Positions 54,406 to 64,000 of a DNA stretch of 64,000 bases are shown here, piece after piece. How positions within the stretch are numbered: the first letter of the stretch is position 1; each line of letters begins with the position of its first letter. A model generated the notes under the pieces. It was not told the origin of the DNA. It worked only from the letters and a program-made list of their open reading frames with translations, and searched no databases. A program made the translations under genes and the position numbers. This DNA is from Lama guanicoe (lineage: Eukaryota): assembly GCA_013239625.1 (NCBI GenBank), contig MU053873.1:2742524-2806523 (forward strand). Reading direction: 5' to 3'.

Positions 54406-54806
54406 GTAGGGCAGCCGTGGGAAACTTGGGGGCTTGTTCAGTGCTTCTCTCTGTGCTGTTAAAACGCCGGAATTAACAGTGTTCTGTAATGTTAACTCTA
54501 GCCCGTTGCTCAGCACTTTCCCCCAACCCCCCCCTTAGCAGGGAATTCATTTACTCGGTTTCTTGAATGAAATTAGGATTGTGCCATGTCTGAGATGTAA
54601 TACGATTGCACAGGTGTATTTGTTTGTGGGTCAGTTTCCCCGTTTGGGGAAACGTAGTGCAAGATCTTGCCTACAGAGCACCTTGGTCGCCTCTCTGTAC
54701 CAAACGGGTCCCTCCATAAAATGGAGACTGTGTCCCGGACACGTGCAAAGGGCTGTAGACCGCGGCCAGGGGAGCAGGGCATCGTGTGACCCTGCCCCAC
54801 CCACAG

Positions 54807-55050
54807 GTGGAGAACTGGAACCCGCTGACAGACACCGTTCCCATCCACTCCTGGATCCACCCGTGGCTCCCGCTCATGCAAGCGCGCCTGGAGCCGCTGT
54901 ACTCCCCCATCCGCAGCAAGCTGTCCAGCGCCCTGCAGAAGTGGCATCCCAGCGACTCCTCAGCCAAGCTCATCCTCCAGCCCTGGAAAGACGTCTTCAC
55001 CCCTGGTTCCTGGGAAGCATTCATGGTCAAGAACATAGTGCCCAAGCTGG
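54807..55050 (+). CDS. TFIP11: TFIP11 coding exon 9
   Basis: [24 protein letters not shown]...[12 protein letters not shown]; 244 bp. Confidence 0.96.
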
Positions 55051-55361
55051 GTAAGGAGGGGGAGACACATCCAAGCCTGCCACTCTGGTGCTCTGGTTTC
55101 TGAGGCCGGCAGTAATCACCATGCTTCTTAAAACATGGCCTTCGAGCTCATGATGTTTCTCAGCGTAGAAGGGATGCCGTTTTGTGCAGAGGCTGAATAT
55201 AAATGGAACCAGGGTCCCTTCTGTGGTCCTTCATGCTCAGCATGTCTCCTGACTGGCCCAGATGGGGCTGCTGGTAGTGATATAGCCACAAGTCTTCTGA
55301 AATTTTTGTGGTGTATATATAGAATCTATTCTAAACACAGAATTAACTCTGGGTTAAATGA

Positions 55362-55472
55362 TTTTTTTAATTTTATTTTTTTGGGGGGGTTATTTACATG
55401 GAGGTACTGGGGAATAACCCAGGACCTCGTGCATGCTAAGCATGCACTCTACCACTGAGCCATCCCCTCCCC
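55362..55472 (-). mobile_element. Vic-1-like SINE
   Basis: ggaggtactggggaataacccaggacctcgtgcatgctaagcatgcactctaccactgagc. Confidence 0.9.
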
Positions 55473-55603
55473 ACTAAGAAAACAATCTAGCAAGAGCTTA
55501 AAATTGTTCTCTAAAAGCAGAGCAAGGGCTGACATTGTCCCTGAGGACGTTGCTCTTTGTGCTTCTGTGGCTTTGCCTTATATGGACTGGGTTTCTCTTC
55601 CAG

Positions 55604-55746
55604 GGATGTGCCTTGGGGAGCTAGTCATCAACCCCCACCAGCAGCACATGGATGCCTTTTATTGGGTTATCGACTGGGAAGGGATGATCTCTGTCTCCAG
55701 CCTGGTGGGGCTTCTGGAAAAGCACTTCTTCCCCAAGTGGCTTCAG
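55604..55746 (+). CDS. TFIP11: TFIP11 coding exon 10
   Basis: [47 protein letters not shown]; 143 bp. Confidence 0.96.
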
Positions 55747-56131
55747 GTACGCTTCGTTTACGGTGCTGGGGGCACGGGTCTGACCGTGGGCACTCCCTCC
55801 TTGGATAACCGTCGGTGGGAGCGCCGTAGTCACTAAGGAACATACATACACAGTGGAGCAGGAGTGACTGCAGCAGGAACAGCCGCCACCACTTACTGAA
55901 GGTTTGCCACGCGCTGTCCTGAGCACTTCGCATTCTCTTCCCTCCTCACAGCAGCCCCCTGGGCTGGGGACTGTGCTTTCCCAACAGTGTAGGGTGAGCT
56001 TACAGGCAAGAGTATTTGGCTACCAAACCCGTGTCACCAGGACCCAAACAAAAGGAATGGCCCTTTCGGAAGTTTTGCTCCCATTTGCAGCCACTGTGGA
56101 TGCAAGAGTCTTACTTGTTCCTTTGTGGCAG

Positions 56132-56297
56132 GTGCTGTGCTCCTGGCTCAGTAACAGCCCGAATTACGAGGAGATCACCAAGTGGTACTTGGGTTGGAAG
56201 TCCATGTTTTCAGACCAAGTGCTGGCACACCCATCAGTCAAGGACAAATTTAATGAAGCACTTGACATCATGAACAGGGCCGTGTCCTCCAATGTTG
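56132..56297 (+). CDS. TFIP11: TFIP11 coding exon 11
   Basis: [55 protein letters not shown]; 166 bp. Confidence 0.96.
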
Positions 56298-57233
56298 GTG
56301 AGTAGGGATTCCATTTTGGAAGTCCTGGCCCAGAGCTCTGTATTTACACACACACACAACACAGAATGAGAGTTTTCAGCTACCTGGGGGCTGCCTGAGA
56401 AGCTCACCGTCTGCTCCCAGACCCCAGGCTCCGTCGCTAGTTGGCTAGCACCCACCCTCCCACGCTGGGAGGGGCTCAGGCTGGGTTCACGCGTGTGCGT
56501 TTACCTCCGCGTCCCCCCTTCATAACCGCTGTGCGGCGTGGCGCTCGGGCGTCTGCTCAGCCTGTGTTGGGGAGGCTGCTCAAGTAAACAGCTCAGGCCG
56601 TGAAGTCAGGCAGACAGTCTAACTCTTAGTGGTAGTTGCTTAAGCCCATTTACCTGTTTACCTGTCAAATGGTATCCACTTCTAGGTTTTATTAAGAACC
56701 GAGGACTGTTACTGTTTGTGGACAGCACCCCTAGGTAGTGTCTCTGGTGTGTCAGCTGTTCAATTACTGTCTGTTCCTAAAGCTGTTCAGTTCTAGGGAA
56801 GTCACTCGGGCTCCATCAGGAGTTTGGGAGCTGACTCACGTCTCAACACAGAGGCCACTGGAGCATAAGCTCACACAGCTACAGAGAGGCCGGGACTATG
56901 ATTTCTATCTCCTGAGCCTTTAGCTCTCTGTCCTTAGCCTACTGCATGGAGCGGAGTTACCCAGAGTCTGTGCTCTGCTCGCCCAGGTCCCTCCAGGCCA
57001 TCCCTGTTTTCATACTCTAGACGTTCCTCATCAGCCCCTAGGCTCCCAGAACTGCTCCTTATCTGTACGTACCCCCCAGCTAACCCTGGGCCTTTGCAGT
57101 CCTGTATTACCCTTCAACGTATGTGTCTCAGCTCCCCAGATACATTTACAATTTTTCCAGGGTGGCGGACCTGTGTGGGTAAGTTAAAAGCATCACTAGT
57201 ACAAGACATATGTTTTCAAGGTTCTAAAAGCTG

Positions 57234-57328
57234 CTTTTTTTCCCTTAACAGAGGCACTGGGAATGGAACCCAGGACCTCATGTACACCAAGCTTACACTT
57301 TACCACTGAGCTATATAACCCCCAGCCC
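57234..57328 (-). mobile_element. Short Vic-1-like SINE with TSD
   Basis: TSD CTAAAAGCTG at 57224 and 57329; tRNA-like body. Confidence 0.85.
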
Positions 57329-57639
57329 CTAAAAGCTGTTTTTTTGAAAGGGTAGGGGTAAGAACTCAACCACTTACTCCATTCTCTGCTTGCTTGCTAA
57401 ATAACTGTGACGGTTTCCATCCCTGAAGGACTGAGTGCCTTGCTGACACTTCATCTCTCTGGTTATTAGGTATTAACCAGAAATCTTTAGACCAGTTTTT
57501 TTATGTGATACCAGCCAGTTATCTAAACTTACCCCCAAAGGTGCTCAATGATCTGGCTTAGTGCTTTATGTCTCTGAGACACAGCTGCCCTTCTGTCCTG
57601 GTGGAACGCCTGTCCTCACCCTCCCTTCTTTAAACCCAG

Positions 57640-57995
57640 GTGCCTACATGCAGCCTGGAGCGCGGGAGAACATTGCCTACCTCACCCACACGGAGCGGAG
57701 GAAGGACTTCCAGTACGAGGCCATGCAGGAGCGGCGGGAGGCTGAGAACATGGCCCAGCGCGGCATCGGCGTGGCCGCCAGCTCTGTGCCCATGAACTTT
57801 AAAGACCTCATCGAGACCAAGGCCGAGGAGCACAACATCGTGTTCATGCCTGTCATCGGGAAGCGGCATGAAGGGAAGCAGCTCTACACCTTCGGCCGCA
57901 TCGTCATCTACATCGACCGGGGCGTGGTGTTCGTGCAGGGGGAGAAGACCTGGGTGCCCACCTCCCTGCAGAGCCTCATCGACATGGCCAAGTAG
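57640..57995 (+). CDS. TFIP11: TFIP11 last coding exon
   Basis: [21 protein letters not shown]...[18 protein letters not shown]; 356 bp. The 12 exons sum to 2514 bp = 837 aa with consistent phases. Confidence 0.97.
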
Positions 57996-58036
57996 ACCGC
58001 GGCCGGGCAGTCACACCCGACAGGGACATATTTATG

Positions 58037-58042
58037 AATAAA
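58037..58042 (+). terminator. TFIP11: TFIP11 polyadenylation signal
   Basis: AATAAA 41 nt after the stop codon, followed by GTGTCTGTT about 30 nt downstream. Confidence 0.8.
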
Positions 58043-58328
58043 TGACATTTTAAAATAGTCTTTGAAAAAGGTGTCTGTTCAGGAGAGAGGCCCCTAGGTC
58101 ATCAGGTAAGGATAACGCACTAAAGGTGTGTAAGTCTTATACCAAGCCCTCCTGCAGCGTCTCCTCCACGTGGGAGGGGAGCCTAGTCCCAGCTGACGTC
58201 TCTCCTGCTCTCTCTGAAATGGGGGGGGGGGGTCCCTCCACGGCCACTTTCCCTGGAGTCTCCCGGACAGCTGCTCCTGCCTTGGCCAACAACACACACA
58301 GACACTACAGCAAGCTCACCTCCGAGGC

Positions 58329-58526
58329 TCAAGGCCCTCCTGTCTTGTTCCTGATGATTTCGAGATCCTCACAGTCCTGGTAATCTGGTTCTTCCCGAGA
58401 AGCCCAGGTGTCCGTGGGGAGTTGTACTAGCTTCTGTACAGGAAACCAGTGGACGGCGGTGTCATTAAATATGTCCATGTACTGTGAAGTCTGAGGAAAC
58501 TCAAGCTCCTCCAGTCCTTTTAAAAC
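58329..58526 (-). CDS. SRRD: SRRD (SRR1 domain-containing) last coding exon
   Basis: ttttgctcag|[68 protein letters not shown]; 198 bp. Confidence 0.94.
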   Translation of the reverse strand, partial: VLKGLEELEFPQTSQYMDIFNDTAVHWFPVQKLVQLPTDTWASREEPDYQDCEDLEIIRNKTGGP

Positions 58527-58906
58527 CTGAGCAAAAAAATTCAAACGTATAACAAAAAAACCCATCCCCCTGGGATAGATGTCCATTTAACATGTTACCC
58601 TTTTAAAAAAAATAAGGGATAATACATATATGTAAGTACTTTGTTCAATGAGTTGCAAGCCCCAAAGGCAGTCCTTACATTGGGACTAGATACTGAGAAT
58701 AAAGGAAATAAAGAGACATGCTCAAAGGTCATAGCTTCCTGGAACGTGGGCCGTGGGGAGAGCTTGCTGACAGCGCAGTGGCCTCTCCGTGCCTTCAGCT
58801 GGCCCCCCAGAAGCTCGCGCCCATGTGTGTAAGAGCAGACTTCTCCGTGATGGAGAAACTGATTTCACACGCTTTTCCACCCCAGGCCCTTCATTCAAGT
58901 GGATAC

Positions 58907-58952
58907 CTTTGCAATGTAGGGATAATGTTTCTGCAGAATCCTTGTCAACAAT
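58907..58952 (-). CDS. SRRD: SRRD exon 6
   Basis: tttttag|A-LLTRILQKHYPYIAK|gtatcc; 46 bp. Confidence 0.92.
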
Positions 58953-59405
58953 CTAAAAACAAAAAAATTTTTAAACATGATCAGGAGGTATAAGAGCTTT
59001 TTTTCAACTAAAGACATACAGAAAGGCAAGATGACCTAAATCAAGAAATTTTTTAAAATGTGTGATGTAGGGATGGTTAAGTAGTAGAAGACGTGACTGC
59101 CCCAGTCAGCGCCCATTTCTTCAAGGGGAAAATGACAGAGCAGACACCTAGGCATCATGAGGCAGGAGAGGATCACACAGCTGTAAAAAGAGAAATCCAG
59201 TGTTATAAGGGAAGGGAGGAATTACTGGCAAAAAGATGCCTTAACTTGCTTCCCAGCTTGACTCAGGGTCGCCGTCTCCCAGCTCTAACCCTTTGTCCAG
59301 TTTCCTATGGAAAAGCACTTCCACGTACGACAGTCACGAAGTGTGTTCTGCTTGTGGGGCAACCTGAGGCATGGGCTTCTAGGACCCCAGCGCTCCCGGG
59401 CCTAC

Positions 59406-59560
59406 CTTTCCTCAAGTCCTCTGAAGCTGTTCCCGATGACAACCATCTTGGAAAGGGCATCCGCCGACCAGTTCCTCCACAAGAGGTTGTTGTACAGCGC
59501 CGTCCCGCAGTGCGGCATGTAGAAGACGGTGGGCTCGCCGCGCACACTGCGTTTCCCTTC
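59406..59560 (-). CDS. SRRD: SRRD exon 5
   Basis: [51 protein letters not shown] (SRR1-family FYMPHC and IGNSF motifs); 155 bp. Confidence 0.95.
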
Positions 59561-61271
59561 CTGGGGTACAGCGTGCACAGGTGTCAACGCTCACTCCTTA
59601 CAGGGGGAGGGGGAGCGAGGGCGGTAACTGAGCTGTGAGGGCTCACCGCAAAATGATGGATGTGTTAACTTTACTTGAAATCATTTCCTGTATATAAATG
59701 TATCAGATCAACCGGTACACTTTAAACTTATGTGATGTTATACGTCACAATATCTCAGTGCAGCCGGAAAAATAACGAGCTGAGAGGAAGGCAAACTGAA
59801 GAATCAAATGGCAAAAAATGACGATGACGGTCCCTGGTGGGAGAGTCCCGTCACTACACAGGGAACCTATAAAATGACACGGGACTAAAAGTCACGGAGG
59901 CCTGATGTCCGGAAAGAACTCACGTTTACTTCACATGTGTGTCTCATGAACACAGAAAACTCTGGACTAACGGAGGGGCTTCCTGGGTCCGTGACTGCAA
60001 GGGCAGGAGGGCCGGCAAAGGTTACTGTCCCTCGGGTACCATGTTCGGTAACCCTGCAGGCTTACTGTGTCCCTTTCTGCAGATTCCCATCATAATTGAG
60101 TCCTCAAATGTCCCCTGGGGGTACAAACACCCCGCCTCCCCCAATAACCACCGCTCTGCAGCCGTCTCCCTGGCCGGGAGCAAGCCCTCCTCCCTTGCCG
60201 CCTGGCCTGGGCCTCTCCTCTCCCTGCAGCTTCCATCGCTAACTGGCCGGGGTTCCCGACGGTCAGCTCTGCACCGCTGCCTGCAGTCCTGGCCCTGGCC
60301 CTCAGCAGACTCCAGTAGACCTTTAACTCCCTGCTCAGACCCGGGGAGCCTTCTTGGAGCCCCAACAGCACGGGTTTCCTTCCCTTCTCTGTTCTACTGG
60401 CTGCTCTGCCTCACTGATCTGTTCACTGCGTACCTGTTTACAGCCACACGCCTGAAGTGCCCGTGAGCTCCCTGAAGACAGGGACCGGCTCCCATTTACC
60501 TGGGTCTCCCCAAGCTGCCTTGCACAGAGCAGGCACTTGGAAAGATGGTCTGAGCCGAACAGCAGTGGTTGAGGACATCGGTGGCTGACTCTTTTCTCAG
60601 CTGGGCCTAAATGTTCACGTTTCATAATAAGCCATGAGACGGCAGTTTTAGAACAGAGGAATTCAGAGGAATAAGACGATTACTCTATAATCCCCGAGAC
60701 AAGGCAAAACTAAATTCAGACGTATTTGCCTGTACTGGCTTCAGCTCTCTGCTTGTGCAATGATTTTTTTCCTGGAGCTTTCAGAAATCTTGACTCCCAA
60801 CTACTTCAGGGGATGCCGGTAGGCCAAGGATTTACCCACGACTCAAAGCCAGGCGCTAAGGGTGTGACTGGGCTACAGCTTCAGAGCGGACATGTTCCCT
60901 CCCAGTTTATTACTTCCCCTGGGACAGGGTAAATTCCAACCAGAAGGACCTCATTTGAGGCACAGAGACTGTGTGTCCTCTTTCTCTTAAAGTGACAGTA
61001 AACACCCACTTCGCATAATTTCTGGACACAATTTTGCACACCTAATATGTTTGGCTCACGCCCTCTGTGCAATTTTTCTTCCTCACAGGCACAGCGTAGG
61101 CACACAATGTGGGTAACATACTGGAGGCACTAGGGAAGCGAGCGCTGAAAAGAGGGGAACTGCTATTTCAAGGAAAACTGGAGCCCGGGGACAGAGCCTG
61201 GGGACATAGCCCAGGCTCAGGGTGCTCAGAGCTGCACAGCCCACCCTACTCCCCTTCCTTAAACCACATAC

Positions 61272-61370
61272 CTCATTCTCACTGAGCACAGTCACACCCA
61301 GGGTGTTCAGAACTGCAATTTCGAGCTGGCTGAACAGAGGGTCATACACCCAGCAGTGACTTCTGGGAAT
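61272..61370 (-). CDS. SRRD: SRRD exon 4
   Basis: [33 protein letters not shown] (YDP.F motif); 99 bp. Confidence 0.95.
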
Positions 61371-61457
61371 CTGCGGAGGGAAAACAAGTTGCTTATTCCA
61401 ACGCCTGTGTGCACAAGACCGAGGGCGGGGGCCAGGAAGAGGAACAGAGCAACTTAC

Positions 61458-61717
61458 CTGACACTTCTCCAGGAGGAGAAGCAAAAACGCTAGCTGGTTC
61501 CTAGCTATGACGCAGGTGGCAAAGTTCCCAAGGCCGTAACACACGCACTTCAGATGGCAGCTTCCTGTGACCAGGGTCTCTTCTTGGGGGGAGCCAGCGG
61601 CCACATCCGACTCACCTGGTGATGAGTCCAGATACAGGTTTCCAAGGGCTTCCGAGAGAGTCCCCGCAGGGGCCTTCAGTTGTTCCAGGTATTTCCGGAG
61701 ACATTTGATGATGGTTT
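61458..61717 (-). CDS. SRRD: SRRD exon 3
   Basis: [18 protein letters not shown]...[35 protein letters not shown] boundaries; 260 bp. Confidence 0.94.
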
Positions 61718-63033
61718 CTAAAAGAGCAGGCCCTGAACACCGTCAGAGGGCGCGCTCCGACCCCGTGAACGAAGTCATCCACGCCGGAGCCCGCAGACCC
61801 GGGGAGAAGAGAAGCGGGGCCGGGAAGGCTTCAGCTCCTCGGACCTCACCCCAAACCTGCCGGGGACCCGCAGCCACGTCCGCCCGAGACTGACAGGCTG
61901 CCCACGGCCCACAGCCTCAGGGACTGTCAAGCGAAAACTAGGTTTCATTCTCGGGCATGGTTTCCATCCAACGCTCACGTGAGCCCAACCTAACTTAATA
62001 AGAGGCAACCTGGTAAACGCAGGTTATGTTCTGAAATCCCATTAAAAAAATAATAGAGGAGCAGAGCTCTCAAAATTACACTATAAATAACAGGGAATAA
62101 GAATGATGTGTAAAAAATTAAAAGAAAAAAGGTGGGCTGGGGCTTCTTGAGACTAAAACCCTAAGTCTCTCCCCTTTCCTTGCACTGGTACTTAATTTAG
62201 TAGAACAAATCTGTACGTAAAGCAAAAGAAAAAGCAAACAGCCGTATGTCCCCATAATAAGATACTAATTTTCACTTAGCAAAGAGAGCTTTAAATAAGA
62301 CGCAGGCTCAGAAAGGCTGCATGAAAAGCTGGCTCTTTTAATCCTTGCTGGGGAAACAACTGGTAAAGCTTTCTGGAAAACAATTTGACGCCGGGTATCA
62401 GTTTGGTCACTCTCTTTCACTTAATGATTCCACCGCTGGGAATATATACTAAGAAGATCACCCTAAATTTGGTAAAAAGCTTTATGCAAAAGGGTGCTCA
62501 CTGCAAAATTACGTATAATAACTAAAAAACAAGTAAACTAAATGTCCCTTGATAATCTCAACAAAAATTACGTCGATTTATCAACAGTCTCGATAAAAAT
62601 GAGTACCTATGGTATATGCACTCCATGTATTAGTATTTCTGTTGCCACACATTATGTCTGGGAAGAGATTATAGCGGCGTGTGGGGTGGGGGAGTGTACA
62701 ATGTCATGTCAAGGAAAAGAGCAGGATAAATACACACCTCAGCGACACTGATAATGACAACTAGCCGTCACTGCCTCCTGTGTAGCAGGGAAGCTCTGTT
62801 CTAAGCACTTTACTAAATGCCTCATTTAATACTCAAAATTATACTATACGTAATTATCATGTCCATTCCACAGATAAACTGAGGGCCAGAGTTCAGCACC
62901 CAGAGGCACACAGATGTAAGGAGAGTCAGACTTGGATCCCAGCATGGACACCGCTGTGAAGCAAAAGGTCATCAGATGAGGGTGGGGGCCCTCCCACCCC
63001 GACTGCCTCCAGCCTGAGCCGGGTGATACCCAC

Positions 63034-63074
63034 CTAGTGCTGAGTTCCAGAAATCAGAGATAAGCAGGTCCTCC
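63034..63074 (-). CDS. SRRD: SRRD exon 2 (exon 1 lies beyond the window end)
   Basis: ttttttctcaacag|G-EDLLISDFWNSAL-G|gtgggt; 41 bp, phase-compatible with exon 3. Confidence 0.9.
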
Positions 63075-63617
63075 CTGTTGAGAAAAAATGGCGTGGTCAT
63101 CTCTTGTCCCTTTCAGGGTTGTTCCAACAGTGACCTTCCTCCCAACCATGATCTGGATGTGGGAAGGTGGAGGACCCTCAGATGCAAATCCCACCCGCGA
63201 GACTGGAGCATGATACACAGAGACCAGGTCCAGAGTCAGAGCAGCGTGGCTGGGCTCGGGGAGGGCAGGAGGCTTTCCTGGAGGAGGGCCTGATCCCCGG
63301 GGACAGGTCTGGCTGTTCTGTATCCTTGGTCCACAACAGCAGTAGGGGCACAAGTGCAGCTCCATAAATAGTGGGGGAAGGCACAGACCTCGCCTGTTCC
63401 CTCATCTCTAAAGTGGGGATGAGAACTGTACCTGCCACAGAGGGTTACAGGGAGTAACTGGTAACACTCAGCACAGTGCCTCGTACGGAGCAGGTACTCA
63501 GTCATGGCCTTTGCTGTTATACATACTTTTCAGGGGAAAGTAAAAGGGACAAAACCAAGGGCTGGGCTTTCTTTGAAGTCAACTGGTCCCACAAACCAGA
63601 GCAAAACACAGTCAATA

Positions 63618-64000
63618 GAAAATTGAAGCTGACTTAAAGAAATGGAAAGATATCCCATGCTGTGGGGTTGGAAAAATCAATATTGTTCAAATGGCCATAC
63701 TCCCCAAGGTAATCTACAGATTTAATGTGATCCCTATCAAATTACCAAGGACATTTTTCACAGAACTAGAACAAATAATCCTAAAATTTATATGGAATCG
63801 CAAAAGACCCAGAATTGCCAAAGCATTACTGAAGAAAAAGAATGAAGCTGGAGGAATAACCCTCCCAGACTTCAGACAATACTATAGAGCTACAGTAATC
63901 AAAACAGTGTGGTACTGGCACAAAAACAGACATAAGGATCAATGGAACAGAACAGAGCCCAGAAATAAACCCACAGACTTTTGGTCAATTAACCTTCAAC
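63618..64000 (+). mobile_element. LINE-1 ORF2 fragment in SRRD intron 1 (runs off the window)
   Basis: KWKDIPC...[49 protein letters not shown]...; closely matches the reverse complement of about 45450-45830. Confidence 0.92.

Overview
Mammalian genomic DNA, very likely a camelid (camel, alpaca or vicuna), judging from at least 8 copies of a tRNA-Ala-derived Vic-1-like SINE. The window is the conserved TPST2-TFIP11-SRRD block (human chr22q12 order). It holds all four coding exons and the 3'UTR exon of TPST2 (+), the complete 12-coding-exon TFIP11 (+, 837 aa, intact, with a CpG-island promoter near 40.6 kb), and exons 2-7 of SRRD (-, exon 1 beyond the window), tail-to-tail with TFIP11. The rest is intron or intergenic DNA full of MIR, L2, L1, LTR and hAT-type repeats. 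The main anomaly is an in-frame TAA at TPST2 codon 222, clustered with two radical substitutions within 45 bp; this is either a null allele or, more likely, an assembly error. Other points of interest are a TSD-flanked L1 that keeps both ends but lacks ORF1 and the endonuclease domain, a possible bidirectional poly(A) element between TFIP11 and SRRD, and a solo LTR just upstream of the TFIP11 promoter. I found no convincing previously undescribed biological system. Gene and repeat-family names and all comparisons with human come from recalled sequence, not database searches; repeat boundaries are approximate.
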